A stretch of 63,903 bases of DNA, counting the filler. It is 6 parts of 6 records of this genome, joined end to end, with 100 filler letters (N's around TTAATTAATTAA, not from the genome) between each part and the next. Parts side by side here need not be neighbours in the genome. Positions count along the whole stretch, not along the records: positions 1 to 11,959 come from DRR723986_6395; positions 12,060 to 28,499 come from DRR723986_6399; 4 more parts are not named here. The stretch is one strand, 5' to 3'. Shown here piece after piece: positions 7,458 to 15,659 of the stretch (position 1 is the first letter of the stretch; each line of letters opens with the position of its first letter). The notes under the pieces were generated by a model. The model saw nothing but the letters and a program-made list of their open reading frames with translations. It made no database searches and was not told the DNA's origin. The translations under genes were made by a program, and so were the position numbers.

Positions 7458-9416
7458 ATGGCTAAACGAAAATTCGGCGAAGCTCAAGTCGAGGTGTCGA
7501 TTCGTGATCGTGTCGGCCAAGGACTCAAGGCGATAGAGCATCGCTTGAAGGCCTTTGCCATGCGGATGCGTGCGATCGGAGGAAGCATTGCTGGAGTCGG
7601 AACGATTGCTACCGGCGCATTTGGCGGAGTTGGCGCGGCTCTGCTCGGGGCGTCGAGCAAATTTGGAACTTTCGGCGATCAGATCCAGAAGACTTCGGCT
7701 CGGCTGAACACCAGTGCCAAGTTCTTGACCGGTCTCAAGTTTGCCGCTGAGCAGTCTGGTTCTAGCCTTGAGTCAGTCGCTAATGCGATGTTCAGAGCGA
7801 ATCGCCGGATTGCGAACGCTACGAAGGGCACAGGTCCCGCCGTGCGTGCGTTGAACGACCTCGGCCTCTCAGCAGACCAACTAAACAACCTGAGCACTGA
7901 GGACCGCTTCTTGGCGATCAGCGACGCTCTGGCGAATATGCAGAACGAGACGCTGGCCGCCCAATATGGGTTCGAGATCTTCGGTGACAACTTCCGCGAC
8001 ATCAAGCCTTTGATCGATGAAGGCTCGGACGGGATCCGCCAACTCACAAGCGAAGCTGAATCACTGGGGCTAACCCTCGGTGATAACGACGCCAACGGGG
8101 CGGCTGCATACGCGGACGCTATGAACCGAATGAAGCAATCCGTGACCGGAGCCGTTGTTCAGATAGGTGCAGCCCTTGCCCCCGCGATCAAATCAGCGGC
8201 GGCTATCTTCACTCGAGTCACCACTAGAGTGAGTCTTTTCATTCGGAAGAATCGGGGGCTTGTAGTCGCTGTCGGAGCGGCGACAGCGGTAGCGTTCACT
8301 TTCGGTGCCGCCTTAGCGGCAGCAGGTGTAACCATCGCGGGTGTAGGAGTGGCGGTTGGCGTGTTCGGGTCGGTCGTCAGTGCGGTTGGCGCAGCCCTCG
8401 CAGTCGTTGCAAAACCTTTGGCGATCGTTGCCGCTGCAGTTGGAGGGCTCGGCGGTGCAGCCCTATATGCTTCGGGCGGCTTCGCGAAACTAGGCAAAAT
8501 GTTCCTGTCTATCCGTGACACCGCAGTTCACGCGTGGAGTGGAATCACAGCAGCTCTGGCCAGCGGCGACTTGGCGATTGCCGGTGAAATTGGTTTTACG
8601 GCACTCAAGATTGCCTGGTTGAAAACGACCAATGACATGAAACAGGTGTACTTCGATGCTATCAACTACATCAAAGACATCTTCCTGGACCTGGGAGAAG
8701 GCACGATCCATTTGGGAGCGAACATCTACTTTGGCGTCGCCAAGTATTTTGACAAGCTCGCGAACTCTTTACTGACTGGATTCGACACCGCATTCACTTA
8801 CATTCGCGGCGGCATCGATCGAATTCAGACTTCGATATCGAAAGCGATAATTTCAGCGGGGCGATTCTTCGGTATGTTCTCGAAGGATGAAGCCGCTCAA
8901 GTTCAGTCCTCACTCGACGCCAACCTGGAGCGAAGAGCAGAGGAACGGGAGAAGGGACTTGGGCGGCGAATTGGCTCACTCGGACAAGAACTCTACCTTC
9001 GCGACCAGCAGAGGAAGAGCCAGGCTTCTGATTTCACTTCGGATACGATTAACCTGTTCAATGACCAGAAGCGACAACGGGCAGGGCCCGACCAGGAAGG
9101 CGTCGTGGCGGCCCAGGAGGAACTGGCAAGGCTCAACGCCAAACTAGCTTCTACGGTGCAGAAAGCTCGCCAGGATGCTGTCTCGGCTGCCAAGCTTCCC
9201 GGAGCGGGTGATCAGGGATTCGATCTTGCGGCGGTGTTTGGTGCTCAAGCTCAATCGCAAATAAAAGCTCGGGGGACAAGCAGTGCTGCTGCCGTCGCCG
9301 CCGGTGCGCTCGATATTGGTCGAAGCGATGACAAGATGCGAAAGCTAGTTGTGAACACCGACAAAAACAACAGGCTGATGCTTCGATTGATCAATAAGAG
9401 AGGTGGTTTTCGGTAA
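7458..9416 (+). CDS. Phage tail tape-measure-like protein (652 aa)
   Basis: A/G-rich helical protein; TMP-like core (GLKFAAEQSG, ALNDLGLSA, EIFG, PLIDEGSDGIRQLTSEAESLG); central hydrophobic stretch. Confidence 0.8.
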   Translation: MAKRKFGEAQVEVSIRDRVGQGLKAIEHRLKAFAMRMRAIGGSIAGVGTIATGAFGGVGAALLGASSKFGTFGDQIQKTSARLNTSAKFLTGLKFAAEQSGSSLESVANAMFRANRRIANATKGTGPAVRALNDLGLSADQLNNLSTEDRFLAISDALANMQNETLAAQYGFEIFGDNFRDIKPLIDEGSDGIRQLTSEAESLGLTLGDNDANGAAAYADAMNRMKQSVTGAVVQIGAALAPAIKSAAAIFTRVTTRVSLFIRKNRGLVVAVGAATAVAFTFGAALAAAGVTIAGVGVAVGVFGSVVSAVGAALAVVAKPLAIVAAAVGGLGGAALYASGGFAKLGKMFLSIRDTAVHAWSGITAALASGDLAIAGEIGFTALKIAWLKTTNDMKQVYFDAINYIKDIFLDLGEGTIHLGANIYFGVAKYFDKLANSLLTGFDTAFTYIRGGIDRIQTSISKAIISAGRFFGMFSKDEAAQVQSSLDANLERRAEEREKGLGRRIGSLGQELYLRDQQRKSQASDFTSDTINLFNDQKRQRAGPDQEGVVAAQEELARLNAKLASTVQKARQDAVSAAKLPGAGDQGFDLAAVFGAQAQSQIKARGTSSAAAVAAGALDIGRSDDKMRKLVVNTDKNNRLMLRLINKRGGFR

Positions 9417-9569
9417 AGATCAAGGCTCTTGCGGCCCGCGAATCTCTGTTTTCCACAAGAGGCCTCGTTCACAGCTCCAGCTTTTCCTGCAGTCCTTGCG
9501 AGGCTCACTGGCTCTAGTTCGGAAACTACTTAAAATGGAACGGCCCCACCTTCCAAAAGTAGTAGGCCC

Positions 9570-9890
9570 ATGCCTGGTCCAGAACCGTCCACCTATCAAG
9601 AAATCGTTGAAAGCCTAAGCGGCTCGCTGGACCTTGCTTTGTCGGGTTATTCGACGATTGAGGAACTGGACGCCTCTAACCGCATGAGCCATCTGAACGG
9701 TGACATCGACGACGAAGACTTCAATAGTGTTCGCGAAGTGGAGAAGCAGCTTGCCGATGTTTGGCTGAAGGCGGCAAAGGCGCTTCTGTTGGTCGTTCAC
9801 ATGGAACGATTGTTCGAAGGCGACTCAAGAGTCGCAGAGCTCGAAAAGCGAGTCGGGCTACTTCGAAGCCAACTGAAGAACTTGCATTAG
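9570..9890 (+). CDS. Hypothetical protein
   Basis: 106-aa ORF with ATG start filling the intergenic space. Confidence 0.5.
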   Translation: MPGPEPSTYQEIVESLSGSLDLALSGYSTIEELDASNRMSHLNGDIDDEDFNSVREVEKQLADVWLKAAKALLLVVHMERLFEGDSRVAELEKRVGLLRSQLKNLH

Positions 9891-9953
9891 CTCTATTCCC
9901 CCAGAAGTGCACGACGGCCAGTTCTAAAGCCGGGCGCTCCAGAATGGGTTTTG

Positions 9954-10199
9954 CTACTTTTCCTCGGCTCCTTTAGGACCTTGGGTTGCAACGCAGTGTC
10001 CATCTGCATATTCGAGTTCTTCGATGTACTCATCTAGTTCAGAGCGGCGATACTTCGGTCTCGCTGACAAGTAATGCACCACGCTTTTGATCTTTCCAGC
10101 GGCTTTGAGGTTGGATAGCTCGCTTGGCGAGATCCCCAAATACTCCGCCGCGTCTTCACGGCTCATTACTGCTGGCCAACGTTCAGACATTTCCATCAC
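9954..10199 (-). CDS. Excisionase-like HTH (HTH_17 type)
   Basis: MSREDAAEYLGIS..PKYRRSELDEYIE pattern. Confidence 0.75.
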   Translation of the reverse strand: MMEMSERWPAVMSREDAAEYLGISPSELSNLKAAGKIKSVVHYLSARPKYRRSELDEYIEELEYADGHCVATQGPKGAEEK

Positions 10200-10261
10200 C
10201 TCGCTCTGTTGGTTTGATACAATTCGCCAATTACGAAATCTACCACAAGCAAGGAAGCCTC

Positions 10262-10504
10262 ATGTCCCCTGCCGCCAAAGAACCAGACCAGTCCACATAT
10301 TCCGGTAGATTCGCCGCGAGGCTGAGGATGCTCAGAGAGAAGGCGGGGCTGAGCGTGGATGAGGTGGTGGCCAGTGCGGGAGTAGCCGCCAGAACGTACT
10401 ATGGCTGGGAAAATGGTTCGCGACAGCCTCCTTTTGACATCCTGCCAAAGCTAGCTGCCGCCCTAAAAGTTAAAACCCCGCGCACGTTAATGCCTACGGA
10501 GTAA
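10262..10504 (+). CDS. XRE-family HTH repressor
   Basis: RLRMLREKAGLS..YYGWENGSRQP..LAAALKV; ATG10262 follows AGGAAG. Confidence 0.88.
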   Translation: MSPAAKEPDQSTYSGRFAARLRMLREKAGLSVDEVVASAGVAARTYYGWENGSRQPPFDILPKLAAALKVKTPRTLMPTE

Positions 10505-10505
10505 T

Positions 10506-10557
10506 TTGCTCAAATTGAGCGAAGGGATATTGCTCAATTTGAGCGAGGCGTTACAAT
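10506..10557 (+). promoter_or_regulatory. Twin palindromic operators overlapping a sigma70-like promoter
   Basis: GCTCAAATTGAGC (10508-10520) and GCTCAATTTGAGC (10532-10544); -35 TTGCTC at 10530, -10 TACAAT at 10552, 16-bp spacer. Confidence 0.7.
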
Positions 10558-10592
10558 CGCTACCGTCACGTCGAAACAACCCAAATCATCTA

Positions 10593-10648
10593 AGCCCTGT
10601 TCGCTTCGCTGCGACGTGACAATTACAGCGAGGTGCCCAGGGTTTTTT
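10593..10648 (+). terminator. Leader terminator/attenuator hairpin
   Basis: AGCCCTG..TTCGCTG pairs with CAGCGAG..CAGGGTT and runs into the T-tract 10643-10648. Confidence 0.6.
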
Positions 10649-10732
10649 CGTGCCCTGATTCACCTCAGCGCATAAAAATGGCCCCGCAAGTGCGGCAACA
10701 CTTCGGAGCCCGGTTCTCAATTGGAGTGAACG

Positions 10733-11725
10733 ATGTCCATTGTTACAGCTGAACAGCCAGTCGTCAATGAAGTTGAAGACCAAATCTTCCGACGGCGGGC
10801 CCGTTGGGCACTTCGCAGAATGCTTGTGCTGATTGATGAGCTTGCTGTGAGTACGCGTTGGCTGTCGGTTAACGAAATCACGCAGGCCGTGAACGAGCGG
10901 CTCGGCGTCTCCTACATACCTAGAACATATGAACGAGACTTGTTCCTGCTTGAATCAGAGGAGCTTGTCGAGTCGCGTTCTGAGTGTCCATTTGGCCGCT
11001 TCTCGCGGACTCAAGTGCGAACTTGGCGACTACTCAAAGAGCGTTCCGAGGGGCTTCAGGAAGCCGCAATCAAGCTCGATGAGTCACTGGCCCCTGTAGA
11101 AGCCCAAGAGCCACTGTACGCGATTCTGATTCGCGACGAGAACGGCTGGCAAGTGTCGGATCACGATTCGATAAGCTTCCGAGACTTGCAAGGGCTAGTT
11201 GCTCAACTGGATGGCGAGTGGGCGATTGTTCCCTGCGACAGGATTGGAGAGTTTCTGCCTGATGAAGAACCCACGAGGGCTGCCTACGATGAAGCCGTGT
11301 TGTGGAAAGACAAGGTGGAAAGCATCGTCGATAGCTACGAATATGCCGAGATGGCGGTTCCGCGTACTCTTCGCGACGAACTCAATCGAGCTAGTGAGTC
11401 GAGCAGCAGGCTGCACGCCGAGTGGCGTTACCACAACCAGGAAGTTCCCGCGTACTTCTTAGAGTACAGGCCAAGCGAGAGTGAGCAACGGACGTTTCTT
11501 CCGCTGGAGCTCACAGATATGCGGCATGCGTTCTCACTGCTGGCCACAGCAGTCCATAGACGAGGGCACGTCCCTGTCATCTACAGGCTACCGGTCTCTG
11601 CCAAAGCGATCCGGCAGGGTCAAGTCATCTCTTTTGGCGAATGGCGGGGGGTGGCATACGACCACCTCATCAAGCGGGAACAAGAGCGTGAGGAGTACTG
11701 CCCCAGGTGCAAAGAACTCGCATAG
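10733..11725 (+). CDS. Hypothetical protein with an N-terminal winged HTH
   Basis: 330 aa; WLSVNEITQAVNERLGVSYIPRTYERDLFLL resembles a wHTH; GGAG RBS. Confidence 0.6.
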   Translation: MSIVTAEQPVVNEVEDQIFRRRARWALRRMLVLIDELAVSTRWLSVNEITQAVNERLGVSYIPRTYERDLFLLESEELVESRSECPFGRFSRTQVRTWRLLKERSEGLQEAAIKLDESLAPVEAQEPLYAILIRDENGWQVSDHDSISFRDLQGLVAQLDGEWAIVPCDRIGEFLPDEEPTRAAYDEAVLWKDKVESIVDSYEYAEMAVPRTLRDELNRASESSSRLHAEWRYHNQEVPAYFLEYRPSESEQRTFLPLELTDMRHAFSLLATAVHRRGHVPVIYRLPVSAKAIRQGQVISFGEWRGVAYDHLIKREQEREEYCPRCKELA

Positions 11726-11930
11726 CCACACGGCGATCACCCCCGGAAATTTGCACCGGTGCAACTTTGTTCTCAGTAAACTGACAAACTGTCATCTCAT
11801 ACTTCTCGGACTGTCACCACCCTGTTCAAAAAAGCGAAAAAACATGCAATACTCTGAAATGATATTGGGACGCCCAAAAGGGTGGTTTTTACAGGGGAAA
11901 AGTGCGTTTTCACCGGTGCTTTGGGGCATT

Positions 11931-11959
11931 TTCCTAAAGCTAAGGTCGCAGGTTCGAAT
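11931..11959 (+). repeat. attR: duplicated tRNA 3' half starting at the anticodon loop
   Basis: TTCCTAAAGCTAAGGTCGCAGGTTCGAAT contains the CCT anticodon loop and the start of the T-arm. No tRNA 5' half lies upstream. Confidence 0.8.
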
Positions 11960-12059
11960 NNNNNNNNNNNNNNNNNNNNNNNNNNNNNNNNNNNNNNNNN
12001 NNNTTAATTAATTAANNNNNNNNNNNNNNNNNNNNNNNNNNNNNNNNNNNNNNNNNNNN
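11960..12059. other. Artificial contig linker (also at 28500-28599, 37932-38031, 44051-44150 and 58631-58730)
   Basis: N-run + TTAATTAATTAA (stops in all six frames) + N-run, the same five times. Confidence 0.98.
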
Positions 12060-12132
12060 TTTATCGATGCTCATACGTGGGTCTCCTCTGTGAGCAGTTA
12101 CCACGTCAGCGCACAAAATTCAGGATAGTCCC
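12060..12132 (-). mobile_element. Left end of an IS256-family element (transposase start truncated by the contig edge)
   Basis: Minus strand reads GGGACTATCCTGAATTTTGTG (IS256-like terminal repeat), then GAGGAG RBS and ATG at 12074 (MSIDK). Confidence 0.65.
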
Positions 12133-12350
12133 GGAGTACGCGATACGGACTTCGAAGTTCAAGGCAGGGAAATTCAGACCCGGGGCTCGAGCGCTTGCAG
12201 CTCTCTGAACCGATGTGAACCCAGCCTTCCGAACAGCATACCGGCCCGTGGCGTCATGGAAGGCCACATTCAAAGGCCTGACACACGTCCGATCGGAGAC
12301 CCCGCAGAAAATCGAAGATAACGCTTGCCAAACAGGGGGCATCCACACAC
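12133..12350 (+). mobile_element. Right non-coding end of an IS110/IS1111-type element
   Basis: Ends in CTTGCCAAACAGGGGGCATCCACAC exactly where WYL homology stops; internal AGGCC..ACAC motif resembles IS1111 3' regions. Confidence 0.5.
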
Positions 12351-12671
12351 GATCCAGCTTTGCTCGGAGCTCAGCAGCCCCTGGTCAACCGCACGCAGCT
12401 GGGCAAAGTACTCCTCAGCGTCCGGGTTGAGATATTTGGGCTTAAAGTGCTTACCGCGCAGATACGTGCGCAGGCTCTTGTCATACACAAGGTTTCGCTT
12501 GGCCTGCTCAATGTAGGCGTTCAAGTCCAGCGAAGCTTGCTGTGTCGAAACCCCAAACGCGTCCATCAAGTCTCCTCGGTTTATCCGCCCCTGCCAAAAC
12601 AGGCGAAACTCGATGAACTCATATCGACGTTCTACACCCCAGTTCAGCTGCTTTCCCTTCTTGCGGGTCAC
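12351..12671 (-). pseudogene. N-terminal wHTH part of a WYL-domain (CapW/BrxR-like) regulator, interrupted by an IS
   Basis: WGVERRYEFIEFRLFWQGRINRGDLMDAFGVSTQQASLDL..YDKS; the frame runs into IS sequence after ..QSWI. Confidence 0.8.
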
Positions 12672-12777
12672 CCGGCGCCCTCACTTATATGTCACATTAC
12701 TACATGCGTCTAATTGTTTTACCCACTAGACCATTCGGCCGACGGAGCCTCAGGGGTAAGCGCGACGTCGAGGCCCT

Positions 12778-13080
12778 ATGCGGCGAGGCTTGACGGCTGA
12801 GGAGCTCCCGATAACGAATGATGACTTCATCGATCCCACCCACGCTGAGTTGATCCGTCTCTGCGAACAGATGCTCGATCGCGACCGTCCGGTCATTGCA
12901 GCAGCTCTGAAGGGCGTGATCACCGGTGACGTCTTTCGAGGCGTTGATGGATCCTGGTGGACGAAGGGGGAGGACCCAGATAGCCGCGAGTTGAGCAGGC
13001 TGCTGCCGAAGATCGAGAAAGAGATGGACGATCTCGAGAGGTGGTGGTCAAACTTCCGCAAGGTACGACAGGAAGGCTAA
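12778..13080 (+). CDS. Hypothetical protein
   Basis: 100-aa ORF converging on the nucleotidyltransferase gene. Confidence 0.4.
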   Translation: MRRGLTAEELPITNDDFIDPTHAELIRLCEQMLDRDRPVIAAALKGVITGDVFRGVDGSWWTKGEDPDSRELSRLLPKIEKEMDDLERWWSNFRKVRQEG

Positions 13081-13617
13081 TGCGGATTTTCGCGTTGCAT
13101 CATCTATCTCCGTTGCGGCCAAACGATCCGCAACTGTTTTGATGTCCAATGGCCGGCATCGATGCCGCTCCTGGATATAGGCGATATCCTTCTCATCGAG
13201 GCGGGCCAGCTTCGAGACGACGAGATCCTCGGGGGAGGGGGCGATCGCGGTCACTGTGGCACCATCCAGCTGAACAGCGAGGTGGATCACGCGATCCTGC
13301 CATCCCGGCGGCAGAGTGGCAGTGTTGGCGTCTACACCGTCGATGTAGAAGCCATGGGCTTCGTGAAACATCGATCCCCAACCGAAAAGAGCGTTGATCT
13401 CTTCCGAAGCCTCATCGCCAGGGTGGTCCTGCTCCCATCCTAGCCAGTTGATCGGGTAAGCATCAATCTCACCGGAGGTCCGCATCAATACGGGAGCATC
13501 AGGCCATTCGAGAAGGGCAGACTGGCTGCCGATGATCACGACAGTGTCAGTGCGAAAATGAGTCGAGAGCGCGCGAACAGCGCGCTCAAGATCTTCGATC
13601 GTGCGGACTTCACTCAC
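13048..13617 (-). CDS. DUF6036-like nucleotidyltransferase
   Basis: IIGSQS, SGEIDAY, FHEAHGFYIDGV, LPPGW and DLVVSKLARLDEKD; GTG start overlaps the upstream stop. Confidence 0.75.
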   Translation of the reverse strand: MSEVRTIEDLERAVRALSTHFRTDTVVIIGSQSALLEWPDAPVLMRTSGEIDAYPINWLGWEQDHPGDEASEEINALFGWGSMFHEAHGFYIDGVDANTATLPPGWQDRVIHLAVQLDGATVTAIAPSPEDLVVSKLARLDEKDIAYIQERHRCRPLDIKTVADRLAATEIDDATRKSALAFLSYLAEV

Positions 13618-13987
13618 CGTAGACCGGTGTCCGCATCTTCGGGATCTTTCCCTTCTTCGCGATTTTCCATACTCTCTTCCGGATCGTTGGATCCTTGAGG
13701 TCAGCAACGGAGAAGAAGGGAGAGCTGACGCGTAGGCGGGTCATTTGGGACGACCGGGACGTGATCATCTTACGGACCTCTTCCGGCGTGCGATCCAGGA
13801 TCTCCAGCCACTCCTGGCTGCTGCTCAAGGAGCGAGGGCCTGTCGACAGCGTACGCTTGACAGTCTCGATCAGCTCGGGCTGCTGCGAGATACGACGAGC
13901 CACCAGGCGATGCATCAAAAGCTTCGCCCGGTCGTTCACCATCTCAGTGTTGACCTTCTGGTAGGTCACAGCAGACCCTTTCAGCAC
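13610..13987 (-). CDS. Small partner protein of the nucleotidyltransferase (possible antitoxin)
   Basis: LLMHRLVARRI..EWLEIL..RLRVSSPF; overlaps the downstream gene by 8 nt. Confidence 0.6.
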   Translation of the reverse strand: MLKGSAVTYQKVNTEMVNDRAKLLMHRLVARRISQQPELIETVKRTLSTGPRSLSSSQEWLEILDRTPEEVRKMITSRSSQMTRLRVSSPFFSVADLKDPTIRKRVWKIAKKGKIPKMRTPVYGE

Positions 13988-14059
13988 GAGAATACCCTGA
14001 CCATATAAGCATTTCCTTGGGTTTCAGGCAAGACCCCAGCGGATCAGATAGAGGTGGTC

Positions 14060-14285
14060 TGGATATCACGTCCGAAGTCGCGCCGAAGCCAAGATGCGCT
14101 GCCTGAAATCCTTCGGCGAGTGCATCACCGCGAGAGACCCTGGCCGCCAGACCGCCAACATCCACATTCGCGTTGCCCTTACGCACAGCTTTAATGCCCT
14201 CGGCACCGCCGAGATCGACCGCCTGACCTGAACCTGAAGGGGGAAGGGGAAGTCACCCCTCAAGCCGCCATTCTGCAACGACACC
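14060..14285 (+). mobile_element. IS5-family (IS903-like) remnant: transposase C-terminus and right end
   Basis: Encodes EAKMRCLKSFGECITARDPGRQTANIHIRVAL..FNALGTAEI, then TTCTGCAACGACACC, a degenerate terminal repeat. Confidence 0.75.
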
Positions 14286-14370
14286 CCAGGGCTATTAGGA
14301 TATCGTTGCGCTATGCCCTTACCGCCGCTTTGACGATTGCTGCCTCTTAAATCCAGCCCCTTCGGAAATC

Positions 14371-14756
14371 CGTTACAGACCTGAATTTACTGCGATTTTT
14401 ACTACAGGCAGGCTACCCACTAACAAAAACCGCCAAAAAGCGAAATTATTTTTGACAAACCCAACGGCGTCATAAAAATTAAACCGTTTAAAAACAAGTA
14501 TGTAACAGTGTTACATGATGTTACACTTTAAGTAACGGCTGTAAGTTTCTGATTTACCATCCCTAAATGTATGTATGTATGTATGTAACATATAAATATA
14601 TAAATATAAATAGAGAGAGATCTTCATCCACAACCCCACCTGTACCCCCCCTTATATATTTTCGTCGGGCGTTACAGGCGTTACAGCGTTACATGGATAT
14701 TTTATTAATATAATTCAATCGCTTAGGTCGTAACGAGCTTGTCTTGGCAGCGTTAC
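14371..14756. repeat. Cluster of GTTAC/GTAAC repeats around an AT-rich core (iteron/origin-like)
   Basis: About 11 copies in both orientations flanking the (TATG)n and TATAAATA tracts. Confidence 0.6.
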
Positions 14757-15001
14757 GAGGAGTGAATGGAGCCCAATTTCGCTCTCCTGCCGTTGCTTTG
14801 AAGTCAAAAATTCGGCTTGAGCTACTACCGTCCGCTCGCCGCGCGGCTCGACGCCCTCGAGCCACGTCTTGCGGGAAGCCGGGGGTTGGAAGACCTGCGC
14901 CGCAAGATCGCCGTACTGGAGGCCGGGCGCGGGCAGTTCGGCTACGAGATGTTCGTGCTGGAGCGACTTTGATCCCACCCGGCACCAGAAAGGATCGAGA
15001 C

Positions 15002-15540
15002 ATGGACACTTCAACGGATTACACAACGCACGCCGAGGTAATTGCCGCGCTCTTCGAGGCCACCTTCTCCGCCTCGGAGGGCGCAGAGGAAGGCGCGGTG
15101 ATCGGCGCCCTCGCGCGCCGTCTGGTCGCGGAAACGCCGGCCGAGGATCTGCGCGTCTTCACCGCCTGGGGGGCGGCACGCTTGTCGGCGGCATCTTCTT
15201 CACGCGCCTCACCTTCGAGGGCGATCCGCGCCGGGTCTTCAAGATGACCCCAGTGGCCTTGGCAACGGTAAATCAGGGCAAGGGAATAGGGCAGCGGCTG
15301 ATCGCCCACGGCCTTGATGCGCTCCGGCGGGAGGACGTGGAAATCGCGGTCACCAATGCCGATCCGGCCTTCTACGGCCGCGTGGGCCTCGAGCCTGTCT
15401 CGGCGGCCGACCTGTCGGCGCCCCAGCCGCTCAACCAGCCGCAGAGCTGGATCGCGCAATCCCTGACTGACGCGCCATTGACGCCTCTGCGTGGTCCCGC
15501 CCGCTGCGTTGCCGCCTTCGACGACCACGCGCTCTGGTAG
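15002..15540 (+). pseudogene. GNAT acetyltransferase, frameshifted
   Basis: N-terminus (MDTSTDY..VFTAW) and C-terminus (PVALATVNQGKGIGQRLI..PAFYGRVG) are in different frames; the switch falls at the G-run near 15170. Confidence 0.75.
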
Positions 15541-15659
15541 ATCGTTCGCGACAACTCCGCCTTCCTGCTGGGCGCCGCGAGCCCACGGCGCTGGAACGCC
15601 TCGGTTGGTGCCCAGCCTTCGCAAGCCAGATCGACGCAGACGCCATAACCGCGACGCCC

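Larger units (their letters stand above)
1..11959 (+). mobile_element. Complete tRNA-Arg-integrated element (phage satellite/PICI-like), probably Planctomycetota
   Basis: The identical 16-mer GGTCGCAGGTTCGAAT occurs at 1-16 and 11944-11959. An integrase sits next to the left copy, with replication, HTH and tape-measure-like genes between the copies. Confidence 0.85.

Noticed and set aside
14568-14620. (TATG)n and TATAAA tracts as a eukaryote-like microsatellite or TATA box
   Set aside because: Better explained as the AT-rich core of the surrounding iteron cluster.
14744-15624. Overlapping ORFs 14744-15247, 14869-15540 and 15019-15624 as separate genes
   Set aside because: They are pieces or shadows of one frameshifted GNAT pseudogene.
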